NCBI RefSeq assembly: GCF_964355755.1
Contig: NC_092672.1
Span: 13,392,001-13,456,000, forward strand
Direction: 5' to 3'
Length of the DNA stretch: 64,000 nucleotides
DNA from: Antedon mediterranea
Lineage: Eukaryota; Animalia; Echinodermata
Both the position numbers and the translations under genes were made by a program. Positions 1-14,600 of the stretch are shown in pieces. The notes beneath the pieces were generated by a model. The model saw only the letters and a program-made list of their open reading frames with translations. It had not been told where the DNA came from and did no database searches. Position 1 is the stretch's first letter, and each line of letters begins with the position of its first letter.

Positions 1-269
1 GAACTTGAAGTACAGACCTAAAAAATAAATAGGTAGTCTATATCCCGAGTATACCAAGCAAAACTTAACAATTCTAATCGTCCTAAATGGGAGGATATAA
101 ATCCCGACAGGGTCAGGGTTACAAATTTGTTCTGTCATATAATGAGTGATGATACTCATCCTCTCTATGATGTGATTGTCAGGCATTATATCCCCAGAAG
201 TAGATGTATGAGAGTTCCTGTTCCTTACAGTAATGTCTGTAATTTCTTCTTATGGAGATAATAAAGTAT

Positions 270-900
270 GTCGTATGTCGTATGACAAAAGACCTTATTG
301 GATAATTTGGGACGTACTATATACGAGAAGGAGTGTATGTCGGCGATGGGAGGCAGCGAATGGTGACAGTACCAGCAGTACCTGGAAAGTCGTAGTTCCC
401 TATACTTTAAGGAAGAGTTTAATAAACGAGGCCCATGTTTAATGATGATATGAAAATGAAAACGATTTTATTGGCCCAAAATGCAGCAGACAAATGTAAG
501 GGCACATATTCGAATGCGTGTTCCCTGTGCGAAGCGCAAATCACCTCCAGAACGTAGAAAAGCTAAGCTACAACAGTGGCCTGTTCGAGAACCGCTAGAA
601 AGAGTCCCATTGGCAGTCTTGGACCATTTCCTATATCGGAACGTGTTAATATGTATGTGTTAGTTTCAATGATTAATTTTTACATTCCGATCAGGGACGA
701 AATTTTGAGTCAACAATTTAAAGAAACAAAATCAGAACTACCCCATATAACCATGCAAAAACGTATAAGAAGGCAGAAAAAGTTGTACGATCATCGTACC
801 AGATACTAGTTACCCCTGCCGAGATCGGCGTCCTTCAAAAGATATCTAGGGGTAAACCTGCACTTTTATACGTCAATGAAAAGAGCGAACTGAGTTTGGA
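270..900 (+). mobile_element. Degenerate Ty3/Gypsy integrase fragment
   Basis: Frameshifted pieces: WKVVVPYTLRKSLINEAH, FYWPKMQ, CAKRKSPP...LQQWPVREPLERV, LGPFPISER.N.YVLV (integrase zinc finger and start of rve). Confidence 0.8.
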
Positions 901-1996
901 ATAGGATCATATAAAAATAACGACCCTATCCCATCATCAGCACCAGCTTCTCCTAGTACAGCAAAACACAGTCATGCAAGTAATGCGCTGCAAGATAATA
1001 TTGTTACTGAGTGGTGGTACGATTACCGTGTGATGCGGAGTGGAGACGTGTTGCAAATAGAAGAAACCTCCTGCCATTAAACAACTTTCCAGGGACCTCT
1101 CTCACTCTTCGTTTTGATTTTGAGTGAGTGAGACGTAAAGTTACTTTGGACCGTTCATCCCGTTGTTCTTGTATTTTTGTTGTTAATCAAAAAACGAATA
1201 TTTCGAGTTAAAAAATGTGAAGGTTCCATAAGATATTGCATCATTTGTAAAGTTACTAGATGACGAACAGAAAATACATGCATTGAATAATCTCCAAGGA
1301 ACAAAAAATTCGCTAAACATCGCTGCCTACATCAAATCAATGGACAAGAGTATATAAAAAATCTTGGTTAAAAAAAAAATTGGTAACTGGATAGTTATAA
1401 AGGGTAGCTACATTACAACTAAACAAAACATTACTTGAATGTTGAAGAGTGCACAGGCAATCTACAAAGCTCATTAAGTTTCTGCTTATTTATTTAGATT
1501 ATTAATTATTTTATATTCTTAAAAAAAAATTAGTTATATTTAAATTGTTTTGTAATTTGATATAATCAATTTAAAGCGTATTAAAACACCTTGCTACTAT
1601 AAAGTACTGTACAAAAAACTTTGGTCCACTAAGAATACGTAGATTTAATTTTCTCATTTAAATTTGTTTAAAATATTTTCTCTTTGTATTTTAGATTGAA
1701 TACTTTCAGTTAGATCAACAATTGTTTTCTATATACCTCCTGGGGTAAGCAACCAATAAATTTGAATTATTTATAGGGCATCTATTTATATATGGGGCAG
1801 ATTGTTTAACAAAGATTACACCTTTGATTCATAATAAAGAATTAGTAGTTAAAATTAGTTTAAGTACGTTTTTATTATATAACAGTGTTTGTTGATTCAG
1901 TCATGTAGAGTATTCATTATGTCCTTTTCGTTTGCTTCTAATACGAAATTTGAATTTAAGGCTATAATATTACCATGTGTTCTTAGTATTTCAGAA

Positions 1997-3921
1997 ATGC
2001 CTGGAAGGTCGTGGAAAAACCTATTTAAGGCCTGGAAACCAAGCAAATGTTTTAAGAACAGTTAAGTTATTATAAAGAATGGTTAAACGTTCCACCTGCC
2101 TTGAGAATTACAATCATTCAAATAATATATGGAATAGCTATCATCAAACATCGCGGCTATCACATATGACAATCAAGAATCTCCCAATTAAATACAAAAT
2201 AAAGAAGTACTGGTTTTCTCAGCGACTTCGCTGAAGAGTTTTGGCGAATCAGCCAGAATTGCGCTCGCAAACTTGGCAAAATTATAAGGATGTGATAATT
2301 ACCGCACGGTTGGATACTGCCTGAAACATGCAAAGACGATTAGAACTAATATTTCGCCGCAGAGAAGCATCCAATGATTTGCTCAGACAATTCGCTACTG
2401 CATAATTGGGCTTTATATTAATCTGATGCCTGGAAGGTCGTGGAAAAACCTATTTAAGGCCTGGAAAGCAAGCAAATGTTTTAAGAACAGGTAAGTTATT
2501 ATAAAGAATGGCGAGGTATATTGAATATCCGAAAATACAATGAAGAAATAATAAATAATTTTCAGCCGGACTTTCTTTAGAAAATACGTCCTGTCCTGTT
2601 TCCATAATGTCAACGATAATGGAAATAAGGACAATGATTATCAAACATCATTTCAAGCCTGGTTAAACGTTCCACCTGGCTTGAGAATTACAATCATTCA
2701 AATAATATATGGAATAGCTATCATCAAACATCGGCTATCACATATGACAATCAAGAATCTCCCAATTAATTACAAAATAAAGGGGTACTGGTTTTCTCAG
2801 CGACTTCGCTAAAGAATTTTGGCGAATCAGCCAGAATTATGCTTGCAAACTTGGCAAAATTATAAGGATGCGATAACCGCACGGTTAGATACTGCCTGAA
2901 ACATGCAAAGACAATTAGAACTACTATTTCGCCGCAGAGAAGCGTCCAATGATTTGCTCAGACAATTCGCTACTGCATAATTGTGCTTTATATTAATCTG
3001 ATGCCTGGAAGGTCGTGGAAAAACCTATTTAAGGCCTGGAAAGCAAGCAAATGTTTTAATAACAGGTAAGTTATTATAAAGAAAGGCGAGGTATATTGAA
3101 TATCCGAAAATACAATGAAGAAATAATAAATAATTTTCAGCCGGACTTTCTTTAGAAAATACGTCCTGTCCTGTTTCCATAATGTCAACGATAATGGAAA
3201 TAAGGACAATGATTATCAAACATCATTTCAAGCCTGGTTAAACGTTCCACCTAGCTTGAGAATTAAAATCATTCAAATAATATATGGAATAGCTATCATC
3301 AAACATCGGCTATCACATACGACAATCAAGAATCTCCCGATTAAATACAAAATAAAGGGGTACTGGTTTTCTCAGCGTCTTCGCTAAAGAATTCTGGCGA
3401 ATCAGCCAGAATTATGCTTGCAAACTTGGCAAAATTATAAGGATTCGATAACCGCACGGTTAGATACTGCCTGAAACATGCAAAGACGATTAGAACTACT
3501 ATTTCGCCGCAGAGAAGCGTCCAATGATTTGCTCAGACAATTCGCTACTGCATAATTGCGCTTTATATTAATCCGATGCCTGGAAGGTCGTGGAAAAACC
3601 TATTTAAGGCCTGGAAACCAAGCAAATGTTTTAAGAACAGGTAAGTTATTATAAAGAATGGCGAGGTATAATAAATATCCGAAAATACAATGAAGAAATA
3701 ATAAATAATTTTCAGCCGGACTTTAGACTTTCTTTAGAAAATACGTCCTGTCCTGTTTCCATAATGTCAACGATAATGGAAATACAGAAAATGATTATCA
3801 AACATCATTTCAAGCCTGGTTAAACGTTCCACCTGCCTTGAAAATTACAATCATTCAAATAATATATGGAACAGCTATCATCAAACATTGCGGCTATCAC
3901 ATACGACAATCAAGAATCTCC
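1997..3921. repeat. Tandem array of a ~575-bp unit (~3.4 copies; first unit internally deleted)
   Basis: ATGCCTGGAAGGTCGTGGAAAAACC recurs at 1997, 2426, 3001 and 3576; units are highly similar. Confidence 0.95.
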
Positions 3922-5422
3922 TCTCCTACTATATAAATCTGTGTGAGGGGGGAGGGGGTTGGGCTAAAATGTCTGTATAAAGACATTCCTAAAAAAATAA
4001 AGCAGGAGTTTGGAATAGACTTCCTGGTCTCCAAAGCAATTAAACTCAGAGCTGAAGAGCCTGAGAAAGCAGTACAACATTGCAAACGACAATTACACTC
4101 GTAGAGGGCACGAATTACTTGTCCCTATTACGATGTTTTGGCCCAAATATTGGGAGATCGGGCCATAGCTGTGCTCTCACAACATCTCTATCACTAGGGC
4201 TAGGCTGTTGAAAGTGAGGCATAAAACTTCCTTTATTGCGACTTTTAATTATCGACCAAATAAATGAATGGCAATATAAAAAAATACAGTATAAAAAATA
4301 CCGTATTTTGTACCAAATTTTTATACCGTTTTTTTTTAAGCAGTTGCAGCAGAAACAGGCCCTATGTGATTATGTTGTTGTGATGGAGAATTAGGCCAAA
4401 TATTTATGATGTAATTAATAAATAGTTATCAGGCCGGGTAAGAAATCCCTACGGTTCATGATTTAAGGGGATGAAAAAATGTATTTAAAACGGAGTTTGA
4501 CACCTGATACTGAAAGGAAAATCCTGTCAAAGAGGACCTCTAATGTGTCCTTTAGATAGCTTTGCATGCTTGATTTCCCCCAGCCAATTACTTACCGCAA
4601 GTTCAACGACTTGCAATCTATGAAGTCTTCCCTCAGTGCACACATCATTATTTTGATAATCTACCGCATTGTGAAGCTTAGGGGGTTTTTACCAATAACT
4701 ATTTTTGCCTAACTCAAGTATAAATGCAAAGTCATGTATCGTAAATGCCCACACCAAGACTAGTATTTTTGCAGGTGGTCATTACATAAACCATAATTAA
4801 GAGTCACAATTTTGGCTTTGAATTTACCTTTATGTAACATGTTTATGTGTTAGAAATATTGAATAAATTTTCATTGACAAAGAATTGATAAAGAGTTTTT
4901 TTTCTTTTTCTCTTTGTAAAATGAAATGAAATATTCTTTCCATTCAACAAATACAAAACATTCATTCGTTGTTTTATACCTTACTTAAGTGTTTTGGTAT
5001 TAGTAGACATGATAGGCCTACACATTACATGTTGGAACAAACTTCTCAAAATGTTTTCAACATGATACGAAATTAACCAATCAGATTGTAAGGATATACA
5101 TTCAAGTGATTTAAAATACAAAATGGAGGCTACTCATTTAAACCATGATCTCTATGTTAATCAGAAGATAATTATAGTAAACCTCCACAAATGAATTAAC
5201 TTATAGTACTGTAATATAACACAAAATATTTTGTTAATGCAACTGCTTATACATACATAACAACAGTGTATAACTGCTATATCGTGTGCAAAAAAACCTA
5301 GTACTGTTCACCATTACCTTATGCCTCTTCTTAGAACTTTATTCCAGCTTATGAATATGCTTTCCTCAATTCAATAGAAGTCAGAATGGTGTATTAAAGA
5401 ACAATTCCATACTAGCAAATCA

Positions 5423-5428
5423 TTTATT
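5423..5428 (-). promoter_or_regulatory. Candidate polyadenylation signal (AATAAA) of POLRMT
   Basis: tttatt on the plus strand, ~70 nt downstream of the stop codon. Confidence 0.5.
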
Positions 5429-5495
5429 GGCTCATCTACTTTGGGGTAATTTTCAGTTTGATACATCTTACCTTATTGGTAGGAGACACTATATG

Positions 5496-5631
5496 TTAAC
5501 TGAAGAAATAAGTTGATTTAATTATACTGTTTAGATCAAACTCTCCTTTACTTGGAATTTTTTCTATGAAGTCTTTGAGTTCACTCATGTTCACTTTATC
5601 ATGATCACCTTTTGAACTCGATGGAATTGGG
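5496..5631 (-). CDS. POLRMT: POLRMT exon 29 (terminal coding exon)
   Basis: [44 protein letters not shown]; TAA stop at 5498-5496. Confidence 0.96.
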
Positions 5632-8600
5632 CTGAAAAAAAGAGACAATTAATAATATTTATAGTACTGACTGAAGTACGTCTATGCTTTTTGTCGCGTC
5701 CAACATGGATTGCAAAAAATGGAACATTCGTGAATAGAGATGAAGTTTGTTTTGTATAGGAGAAAACATTTGTTTGAGTCATTTCAATTTGGTTAGTACT
5801 TCAAGTAAATTTATTTTTTCTTGGCTTTTTTTTGTTCAGTTTTAGTTTTATATATTTCAGGTCTGGCAATCTAACATTTTTAAATGATTGGCTATTGTCA
5901 TTGTGAATGGGCAGAAGAACAGTAGTCTAATAATAAAAAAATATTGTGTAAAAAAACATAAAAAAAATATTGTGTAAAAAAACATTAAAAAAATATTTTA
6001 GTACTAGTAGTAGTATTTCAGTATGTTACATCACTAGGACAGTCATGATATCATGCAAGGTTCATTTGACAATTGTCTAGTTGCAACAATCCTAAATTAG
6101 GGCTGGCCCTCATTCATAGCTATGAAGACACAAATTAAATGGTCGCTTGTGTCTAACATGTGTTTAGCCAGATTCAAATTATACTAGGCAATAGCTACGC
6201 TCGCGCTAAGGTCAAATTTTCGTTCGCCAAAATGGCGAAAGGTTTTGAAAAACATTAGCCAAATTGAAAATCCTTTAGCCAAATTTAAAAAACCATAAAA
6301 ATTCGCAAAAATGTTTATTAACACGTTCACTGCCAAGGCATTTTCCGTAATTTCTGTCCCAGTGCCAAGTCCCGTTTACATATTAAATTACAGTTTGAAA
6401 GTGTAACATCTGGTCACAGACTATCATGATGTCATTCAAAATACGATGGCGGGAAAAACCGTTGAGACGTATAAATACGTCACTGGCAATGGTCCAACAA
6501 TTTTATTGACTTTGCCAGGAACGTAAATATACGTCGGGGATTTTCCGCGCTAAAATCGGTCAAACCTATCATCGAGAGATAAAAACAGTAAACCACACTG
6601 AATCATTTCATCCTTTATTATTTTTATTTACTATTAGCGCAATTTATGACATGTTTGAGATGATTATATTGAGTGTGAGGGCGCCATCGTATCAACCATA
6701 TTCAATGCATGAGGGAATAAACACAAACAAACATATGACATTTATTTTTAGATTATCGTTTACGTACATCATTCATAAACTGCCATGCGATAATTCCTGT
6801 TCCAATCACCACTGCCAGCGATTCTACATACAATACAAAAGTGCTACGATTTTGACGTAGTATTACGTCTTGGCAAGTAGCGACACGCAATTTTTGGCGT
6901 ATAAATACGCCGTGGCAGTGAACGTGTTAAATAAATAATGCATGTATTTGTTTGTTATTTTACTTCTTTTACATTTATATTATTATTATTTATCCCAATG
7001 AAGCTGATTTTCGTTACCGCGATTTTAACACGTTCGTGAAATTTCAAAAAGTGACGTGTCTTTGAAGTTAAAAATATACTATTTCTTATGTACCCATGAG
7101 AATAAAAATTATATGCCTGGAAAGATCTTGTTTAAGGGATTATTTTTATATATTTTTAATCTATGTTTATTAAATATTTTAATAGAAAACACGAGTTAAA
7201 AATGAGGTACAAAAGCCGGCGAGCCGAAATCTGCGCGCTAAAAATAACTTTGGAAAACACCTACCCATTTTCGCACCCGATCCATAATAGGTGGTGGAGT
7301 AATTTTTGTTGCATGTTATCAGGCTTTAAATACTCTTTATTTTGATATGTAAATCGGTTATTATTATTATGTACATCCGCCTCATATGTCAATTTTAACG
7401 ATAACAATTTTTTAGCCTTTCTCATTATCAAAATCTGGCTAATTTAGTAATGAATTAAAGCTAATTTATATTTCTGTTTGATAAACCACATCGTTTTATT
7501 TGACTTTGCGTGGACCTGGTGCGAAGAAGCCAACAAGACCAACCACTGAAAAAAATAATCCCTACCATAAATATCAGAGTGTTTACCATTTTCCTTACGG
7601 GGGATTCAGTTCTCCGCTTATTACTAAATTACCGTCGCCTAGGTATTAGCGCGTTAATTAATGATTGGATAACCCCCGCACAGTGGACTGTTCCATTTTC
7701 TGAACTAGTATTCGCCGCACACGAGGCATGTCGAAAAATGTCGCCTCTCATCATGGAATACTTGCTTCGAAACGTCAATTTTACCGATTTATTAAATTAT
7801 TTAATAAGTGGAATATTTATCAATCTATTATATAAAACAAGTACGTTAGGAAGAAATGTACCACAGAAATTTAAGAAGCTTTGAATTTGCTATGCAGCGG
7901 CCGTAACCCATTCTATGTAGGCGGCCGAAACGCGCTTTGGCCAGGGTTGCCGTTGTAGTATACGTTGTTTCTTAGCTATTCAATTTAAAGCGCAACTTTC
8001 GGTTAGAATAATTTAAAGCGCAACTTTCGGTTAGAATAATCGAAAGGGAAATAAAATTAAACATGTTAACATTATACTATTGAGGTAATTACTTTGTTAA
8101 ATTTAAAATTCACCTTTTTGAATAACAGAACAGCCTCGTTTACGGAAATATTCGTCCACATGTTTCTGTTTACATTTTCTTCTCGAAGTTCATTTTCTAC
8201 GTCGAAGAATAGGGACTTCCCCTTTTATTCGCTCATCATCACGTCGACGACGACCGGCCACGAACCAATCACATTAACTGTGTGTCATTAAAACGTCATC
8301 GAGGCACGCTCTGCGCATGTTTAAACAGAACTAAAAAAATGAACACGGCGATCGTGACGTCGTCACATAAAATGCTGTTGTGGTAAAAAGTGTACGCGAG
8401 TCAGAAAGTACCGAAGTGTGGCGAATTCTCGCTCCCATAAGAAGTCACGCCGACCAGGCTAGGCCTAGGCTTGGAAATGTATTTTCGCCAATTTGGCGAA
8501 CGAGGCAATAATTATTTTCGCCAAATGGAGACTCCAGTCGCCATTGGCGAATTGGCGAGCGGTTAGCGTGAGCCTAGAATAGTAGGTTTTTTATATATTT

Positions 8601-11600
8601 AAACCAAAATCATGATAGTCAGCATCATGTAAGTGGTAGTCAGAAAATTCAAGTGGTGATCATCAGAATCAGTCTTAAACCTCTCATTTCACTTCATAAA
8701 AGGGCCATCCTAAAAACTGCAACTGAGATTTGATAGTGTCCTGATCATCCTCAAAATAATTCAACCAATCAAATTCCATTTTCAATTTACTGTTTAAGTT
8801 ACAATACTTTCATATTGCATCGTATTTAATCTTTGTCGAACATCGAAAACTCCTGAAACAAGAACCCAGGGGGTTGCAACATACATATTAAAACAAAAAG
8901 GCCACTTACAGATTGCCAAACTTTGTAATGAGAGATTTTCCAAGATCATCAAGTATTGGTTCACTATGCAACTTCACAAATTGATGTCTACAAATCTATA
9001 GCAGAGTGTAATAACAGTATTTCAATTCAATTAAAGTCATGTAGACATATTTTTCAAAAACCATAGAGCAGTTCTTCGAGTACATTACAATCTATATTTT
9101 CATGAACATTTTTTAATCACAATTTTAATTAACAAAAAAATGTCTTTGCTCTAAATATAGTTGCACATTATGACATATAATTGTTACCTGATTCATAATA
9201 TCCACTGTATTAGGGTGTGTCCAGAAACAGTCATGTACAGAACTAAATGTAATACCAGCTCTGTATAAGGGAAAAAACACATCATTTTTCTTATATTCTT
9301 TGACAGTTGTTTCATAAATATGTTGCAGCAGCCTACAGTATATTTAAAATGTACCAGAACATGAAACATGTCAAATTTATTTTCTGCTCTTCAACTTGGA
9401 CATTTTATGCAGGATTATTGTCATCTACGTAGCCTTGATGAAAACATTTAAACTACATGTATATTTAAAAGTCTCACAATTATAACCAAGAGCCCTTCTT
9501 TCACAATCACTAGTTATTTCAGTTTAAGGGTTTAGTCAGTTTCTCCTTGATGGAAACTGGGATAAATATATTTTATTTCACAATACATTACGTGATGTTG
9601 CAGAATATTTTAAGAAAGACCAAAAGTATATATTCAAGGACGACAAAAACAAAATGGATTACAGTATATATAGTTATTGTAATTAATAATAGGAATATAC
9701 CTTTGACAATAGAGGCTGGTAAGCATCATGTGTGATGAGTCTAATGAATGAATAAAGTTTGGAGGAAATGCATTCTTCTGTTTCATAGTGTCCGATTTAC
9801 TATAACAAAATATTTAAAAAAAATGTTTCAGTTTGTAGATAAAAAGAGAAGGCATTTAGCGATATCAAGATGTAAAACAAATATACAAGATTCTCATTCA
9901 TTATTTCTGTCTTGCGATATTCAGTATCGCAGTACAGTACTGATTTTTAAAGTCTTATTTACTTTAAGAAAACAAATCCAGTTGTTATTAAACATGTCCA
10001 CTGCAGTAAATATGTTAAAAAAAACATGTGTGAAGAAGAATGCTATCTATATCACAAAGATAAAATCTTGTGTTTAAACTGCAGTGAAGTTGATTGATAC
10101 AGCATATTTGAGTATTCATGTCTATAAATAAGGTTTGTATTTATAATTTTACTTATTGAAATTATTAATTTAATTACAGTAGATGGAACGGGAGATTTTA
10201 CTTGAGTGTAGTAGAAAAAAGAAATAATTTACGTACTGCCTTGACATTAAAGCATCTAGGTCTTTACTTGATTTTTTAACTTTGCCAGAAACCTTTTTTA
10301 GGTAAGGTTGCACAATTGGCAAACCAAGTGGAGTCTCCCATTGTACTAGTTCACCAGCTTTGGCTATCATCCAAGCACTTTCTGTTAACCAATCCTAAGA
10401 ATACAAGTACAATCCAAATATTTATACTAAGGCTATGTCTACACTATCAAACTAGTTTGACATAAAAAGTGTGATATGCCCACATATGGTAGTGATATGC
10501 TCAAATATAATATAGTGATATGACATCATGATGTCCATAAATGGGCTCTAGTTCTATTGAGTTAACAATTGTTATTACGCAATAAACATTAAATAAGCAT
10601 ATAAAACAAAAAAATCAAGAGTTTAAATACAATTGTACTTATCATGAATATAAATTATTTATTTATTTGGGCATGTTTTCTCACTCGTGTAAATAACTTC
10701 CTTCAAAACTATTTTAAAATGACTAAATAGGTAGTACACTACATAATATGAAAGCTAACCAGATAGTAAATAAATGTGTTCAGTCAATAAAAATACTGTT
10801 ACCTGTATTTGTCTGGTTTTTGTGAACATTTTACGCAAACTCTGGAAAACTTTGCCGGTTATATATGCTGATGCAGCCCACTGCTGATCAAATGTTAGCT
10901 CTTTGACTTCTTTCAATTGCTTTAAAATCTGAAGTCTGCCCCCATAAGCAGTCACACCATATACAATTGTCATAACTGTCTGTTTTACAACCTGGACATA
11001 ATGATATGAATCATGTTTTGAATCAACTACTAAATTGCTCACTATTTAAACAAAAAATTACTCCTAGTAAACATAAACATTTTTTATTTTCATTTTACCA
11101 AAATTATGATTGGTTTTTTAGGAAACCAAATAAAACAAATTATTGACCTAGACCAGGGAGTTCTAATTTTATCTCCCTACATATACTATACAATAAAAAA
11201 CTAATCTCTAAAACTAATTGAATGCCTATTATATTATACGACAATAACACTTCTTTCACCATTTATCACAAAAGTTTCTCTCAAAAATGTTTCTTTTGGA
11301 TAACAAAGCTGAGGCCAATTTACACAGACTAGTGGTAACTGTAATACATATATATAATCTGTTATCCTGACCATTTACACAGAACACAGACTGGATGGGC
11401 AGTTTCCCGCTCAGTATCTGATACTGGGACAAGCTACGTGGTTTTCCGCTTACCGTTACCGCTTGTCTGTGTAAATTGGCCTGTAGACAGCACAAGCTAT
11501 CTGGAGATTTTCTAGTTCCAGTTATTAGTTTTCAACCTACTTGATTCAGCAAGCTGATCTAGAAGAATTGCTGTAGTACAAAATATTTAATGATTTTCTT

Positions 11601-14600
11601 TTCATATTACATTTTCTTGACAAAATAACATTTAAAAGCAAAGATATATTTACCTTTCTATGAATTTTATCTTCTAATAAAATTGCTACAGCATGGCCAT
11701 CTGCAGCATCTTCTCGACGTGATTCTTCCACCTGTTATGTAATAAGTGTATTGGCATTTATTTACTTTATCATAATTTTCTACTCATAAAAAGATTATTT
11801 ATACCATTTATAAACATCTGTAGCAAAGATACATTAACTACATGTAAAAGTAATTTAAAACCTTCCCAGTACAATTATGGTCATTTTGATACCACAGTAC
11901 CTACCTCAAGGGTTAATTCCTTAATCTATAAACTTTTTGAAGCCCTTTGATTTGAATATCATTTGAAAAAAAATATTTACACTCACCATTTGAGCAACTC
12001 CATTGTACACATCTTGTGGTAGATCTAGGGGATACAAGTTCACTTGTTTAGCTCCAATAACATCTCGCCCAAGAGCTGCATAGTGTTGAAGACCATTACA
12101 AGAGCCATCCTTGGAAGAGAAAATAGAGAATGTGAAGCTAGGTGCTATTTTATTTTGCTTCGATCTATGTTTGAGTTATTTTTCGTCACACTTATATAAT
12201 TTATTACCAACCGTTTTAAAAATATTAATTCCTTTAAATTTATATTCTATCATAATTTGTTAAATGTAATGTTTTTATATTGTTTTCGTATATTGTAAAG
12301 GTTTAAATTAGTTAAGTAGATGTAGATGTTTATATTTTATCATTTTAAAGAGGGCCTCTGGATATCAGATGGCCAGTGGGTTTAGTTAAATTTAAATAAA
12401 GTTGAAATAAGTGATTTGCAAATCAAAAGTGTATTTACCTGGTGCACTGGAAGATGACATATGTGTTTAGTGTGATCTGGAGAACTTACTGCAGCAGCAA
12501 GTTCTTTGCAAGCTGCTAACGTTTGCCAACAATTATCCACTGTTTGCCACCATTTTTTACCCTAAAAAAAGATTAAAATAATTTATTCCTGCACTGTTTC
12601 AGTATTCAGTGTTAGAGGATCTACTGTATATAATATTAACATTACAAAATTACCTCTAAAGGATAGTGTGCAGAATCCAGTATCAATGGCATCATGCTGT
12701 TAGCAAACTCTAATCGTTCCATTTGAGATGCTCTGTAAACACAGTATATCATTAGAGAAATATAATTAACAGAGACAATAGGAATGCATTGAGTTTCATT
12801 CACTGCATATCAGAGTGACTATCTTAAGCAAACAAAAGTGTTATGTTGAAAGTTTAAAGGCCAATTTACACAGAGGAGCGGTAACGGTAATATGAATATA
12901 GAATCTGTTATTTTTTTTATGACAATTTACACACAAGGAGCGATACAGATTTAATTTATGTGGGACAAGCTTCGCAGTTCTCCAATTACCGCTCGCCTAG
13001 TGTAAATTAGCCTTTAACGAATTCTAAATGACTCTGATGAAGATTAACAACCTCTTTTTAAGTCCAGTTAAATTGACAATATGAATCTTGAGCCAGTCGA
13101 GACCATGTTCACCAAGTGGTTTGCCAACAGCAAATAACAGTAAGCTTCTAGTTACATCATTACCAAGGTGATTGAAGTGAGGTGGGTAAGGGTAAACACG
13201 ACCTCTGAAGTCCATGTTGTGTGGAAACCAAAAAATATGGTCTCGAAACTAAATATAATATACTATATATTATTATTATGCATAATTCTATGCTTATACA
13301 GAAACTCTCCAATCCCAGGTATGCTTGAGCTGACCTAATATACCTGGCATTCTTGAAACTCCGGTATACCTAATGTGTTTTATAGCAAAAAAAAAAAAAA
13401 ATTGGAACCGAAATTATGGTATTAGGAGATGTTTTTAATTTTCAGTAATCTGGTATTGGGAGAGTTGACTGTATAAGATTATTCAGATTTTTAGTTAAAC
13501 AATATAAAGGTTAGAAGATAACCTAACTGTTTTGACTATTTTTCATAAGAATCTCAATATAATTTAAAAAATCAAATATTGTGTCCAGACAATAATACAA
13601 ACATGCTTGAATAGTATGTGCTATTTTTAGCATGTTCTGTATTAGGAACAATACACAAAACCTGGTGATGATTTACAACAATTTAGATAAAAAGCTATAT
13701 GTATTTATACATACTGCATTGGCAATTGATAGTTTGTAAACTTCGTTCATCCTCAGAGCGTGCATCTCAGACTTTTTCTTGCGATATTGTATTCTCTGCT
13801 TTTGAATCTCTATCATTTCTTCACTTTTCATACATCTGACAAATATAAATGTTTATAGTCAATTGACCTTTTTGGAAATATTAGGACAAATTATTCCAAT
13901 ATTAATTGTAAAAATTATAGACAATAAATCATTAAAAGATAATAACATTTCTATGATTGGGAGCAATTTTACTTACTTGGAATATGATGGAGGTTCTGGA
14001 CAAACAGATGATGGAGGTGGAATATTGAGGTCTTCATCTCCTCCTTTCCTGAATATGTCCAACACTATATCCAACACCTGAGCAATAACATACAGGGATT
14101 ATTCATTTTTAACAGGATATGACAAAACCTGTCTACTTTAGTTACATTTTCGGTAAACATAAACTTAGTTTGCCATAACAACTGAACTGAAGGTTATGTT
14201 TAATGTATACATAACATTCTAGAAAACATCAAATTATAATTTTCACACAGTGTATAGACAGTATAGTCTTTGTTGTATTTAGTAATAATACAATTATAAT
14301 TAGGTAAGTGTACTTACTGGATTGTTCACAATCCATGGTGTATTTGAAAGCTGGTTTAACGAGTCTAACACAGGATTGAGGGCAGCAGATTCAAGTTTTT
14401 CTTTTAATAATTGCATTTGGGGTGAATCATCTCTAGTTCTCATTAGGGAACCTTCAAAATAAACAGTTAAACAAACATAGGAGATTACAGACAATGTTGA
14501 TGAGACAACACACATTTTCTTACAATTAAATACTTATGACAACAAACAACTAAATTCTAGAGTGAATTTTTCAGCCAACCTGACATAAACAATATACTCT

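Noticed and set aside
2413-3219. Duplicated small ORFs (73 aa and 64 aa)
   Set aside because: By-products of the 575-bp tandem repeat; disrupted in other units; no recognisable motifs.
1997-3921. Retrozyme (hammerhead-containing tandem repeat)
   Set aside because: No conserved CTGANGA...GAAA core on either strand. CTGAAGA occurs in one unit only (CTAAAGA in others) and its stem is not followed by GAAA.
7163-8291. Recurrent small ORFs ([12 protein letters not shown]..., [11 protein letters not shown]...) also at 20.8-21.4k and 54.0-54.6k
   Set aside because: They lie in the shared non-coding interior of elements A and B, and frames differ between copies because of indels.
8910-13248. Phage or prophage T7-type RNA polymerase, or horizontal transfer
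   Set aside because: The motifs are spread over spliceosomal exons and joined to PPR repeats and a presequence-like exon; this is the ordinary nuclear POLRMT gene.
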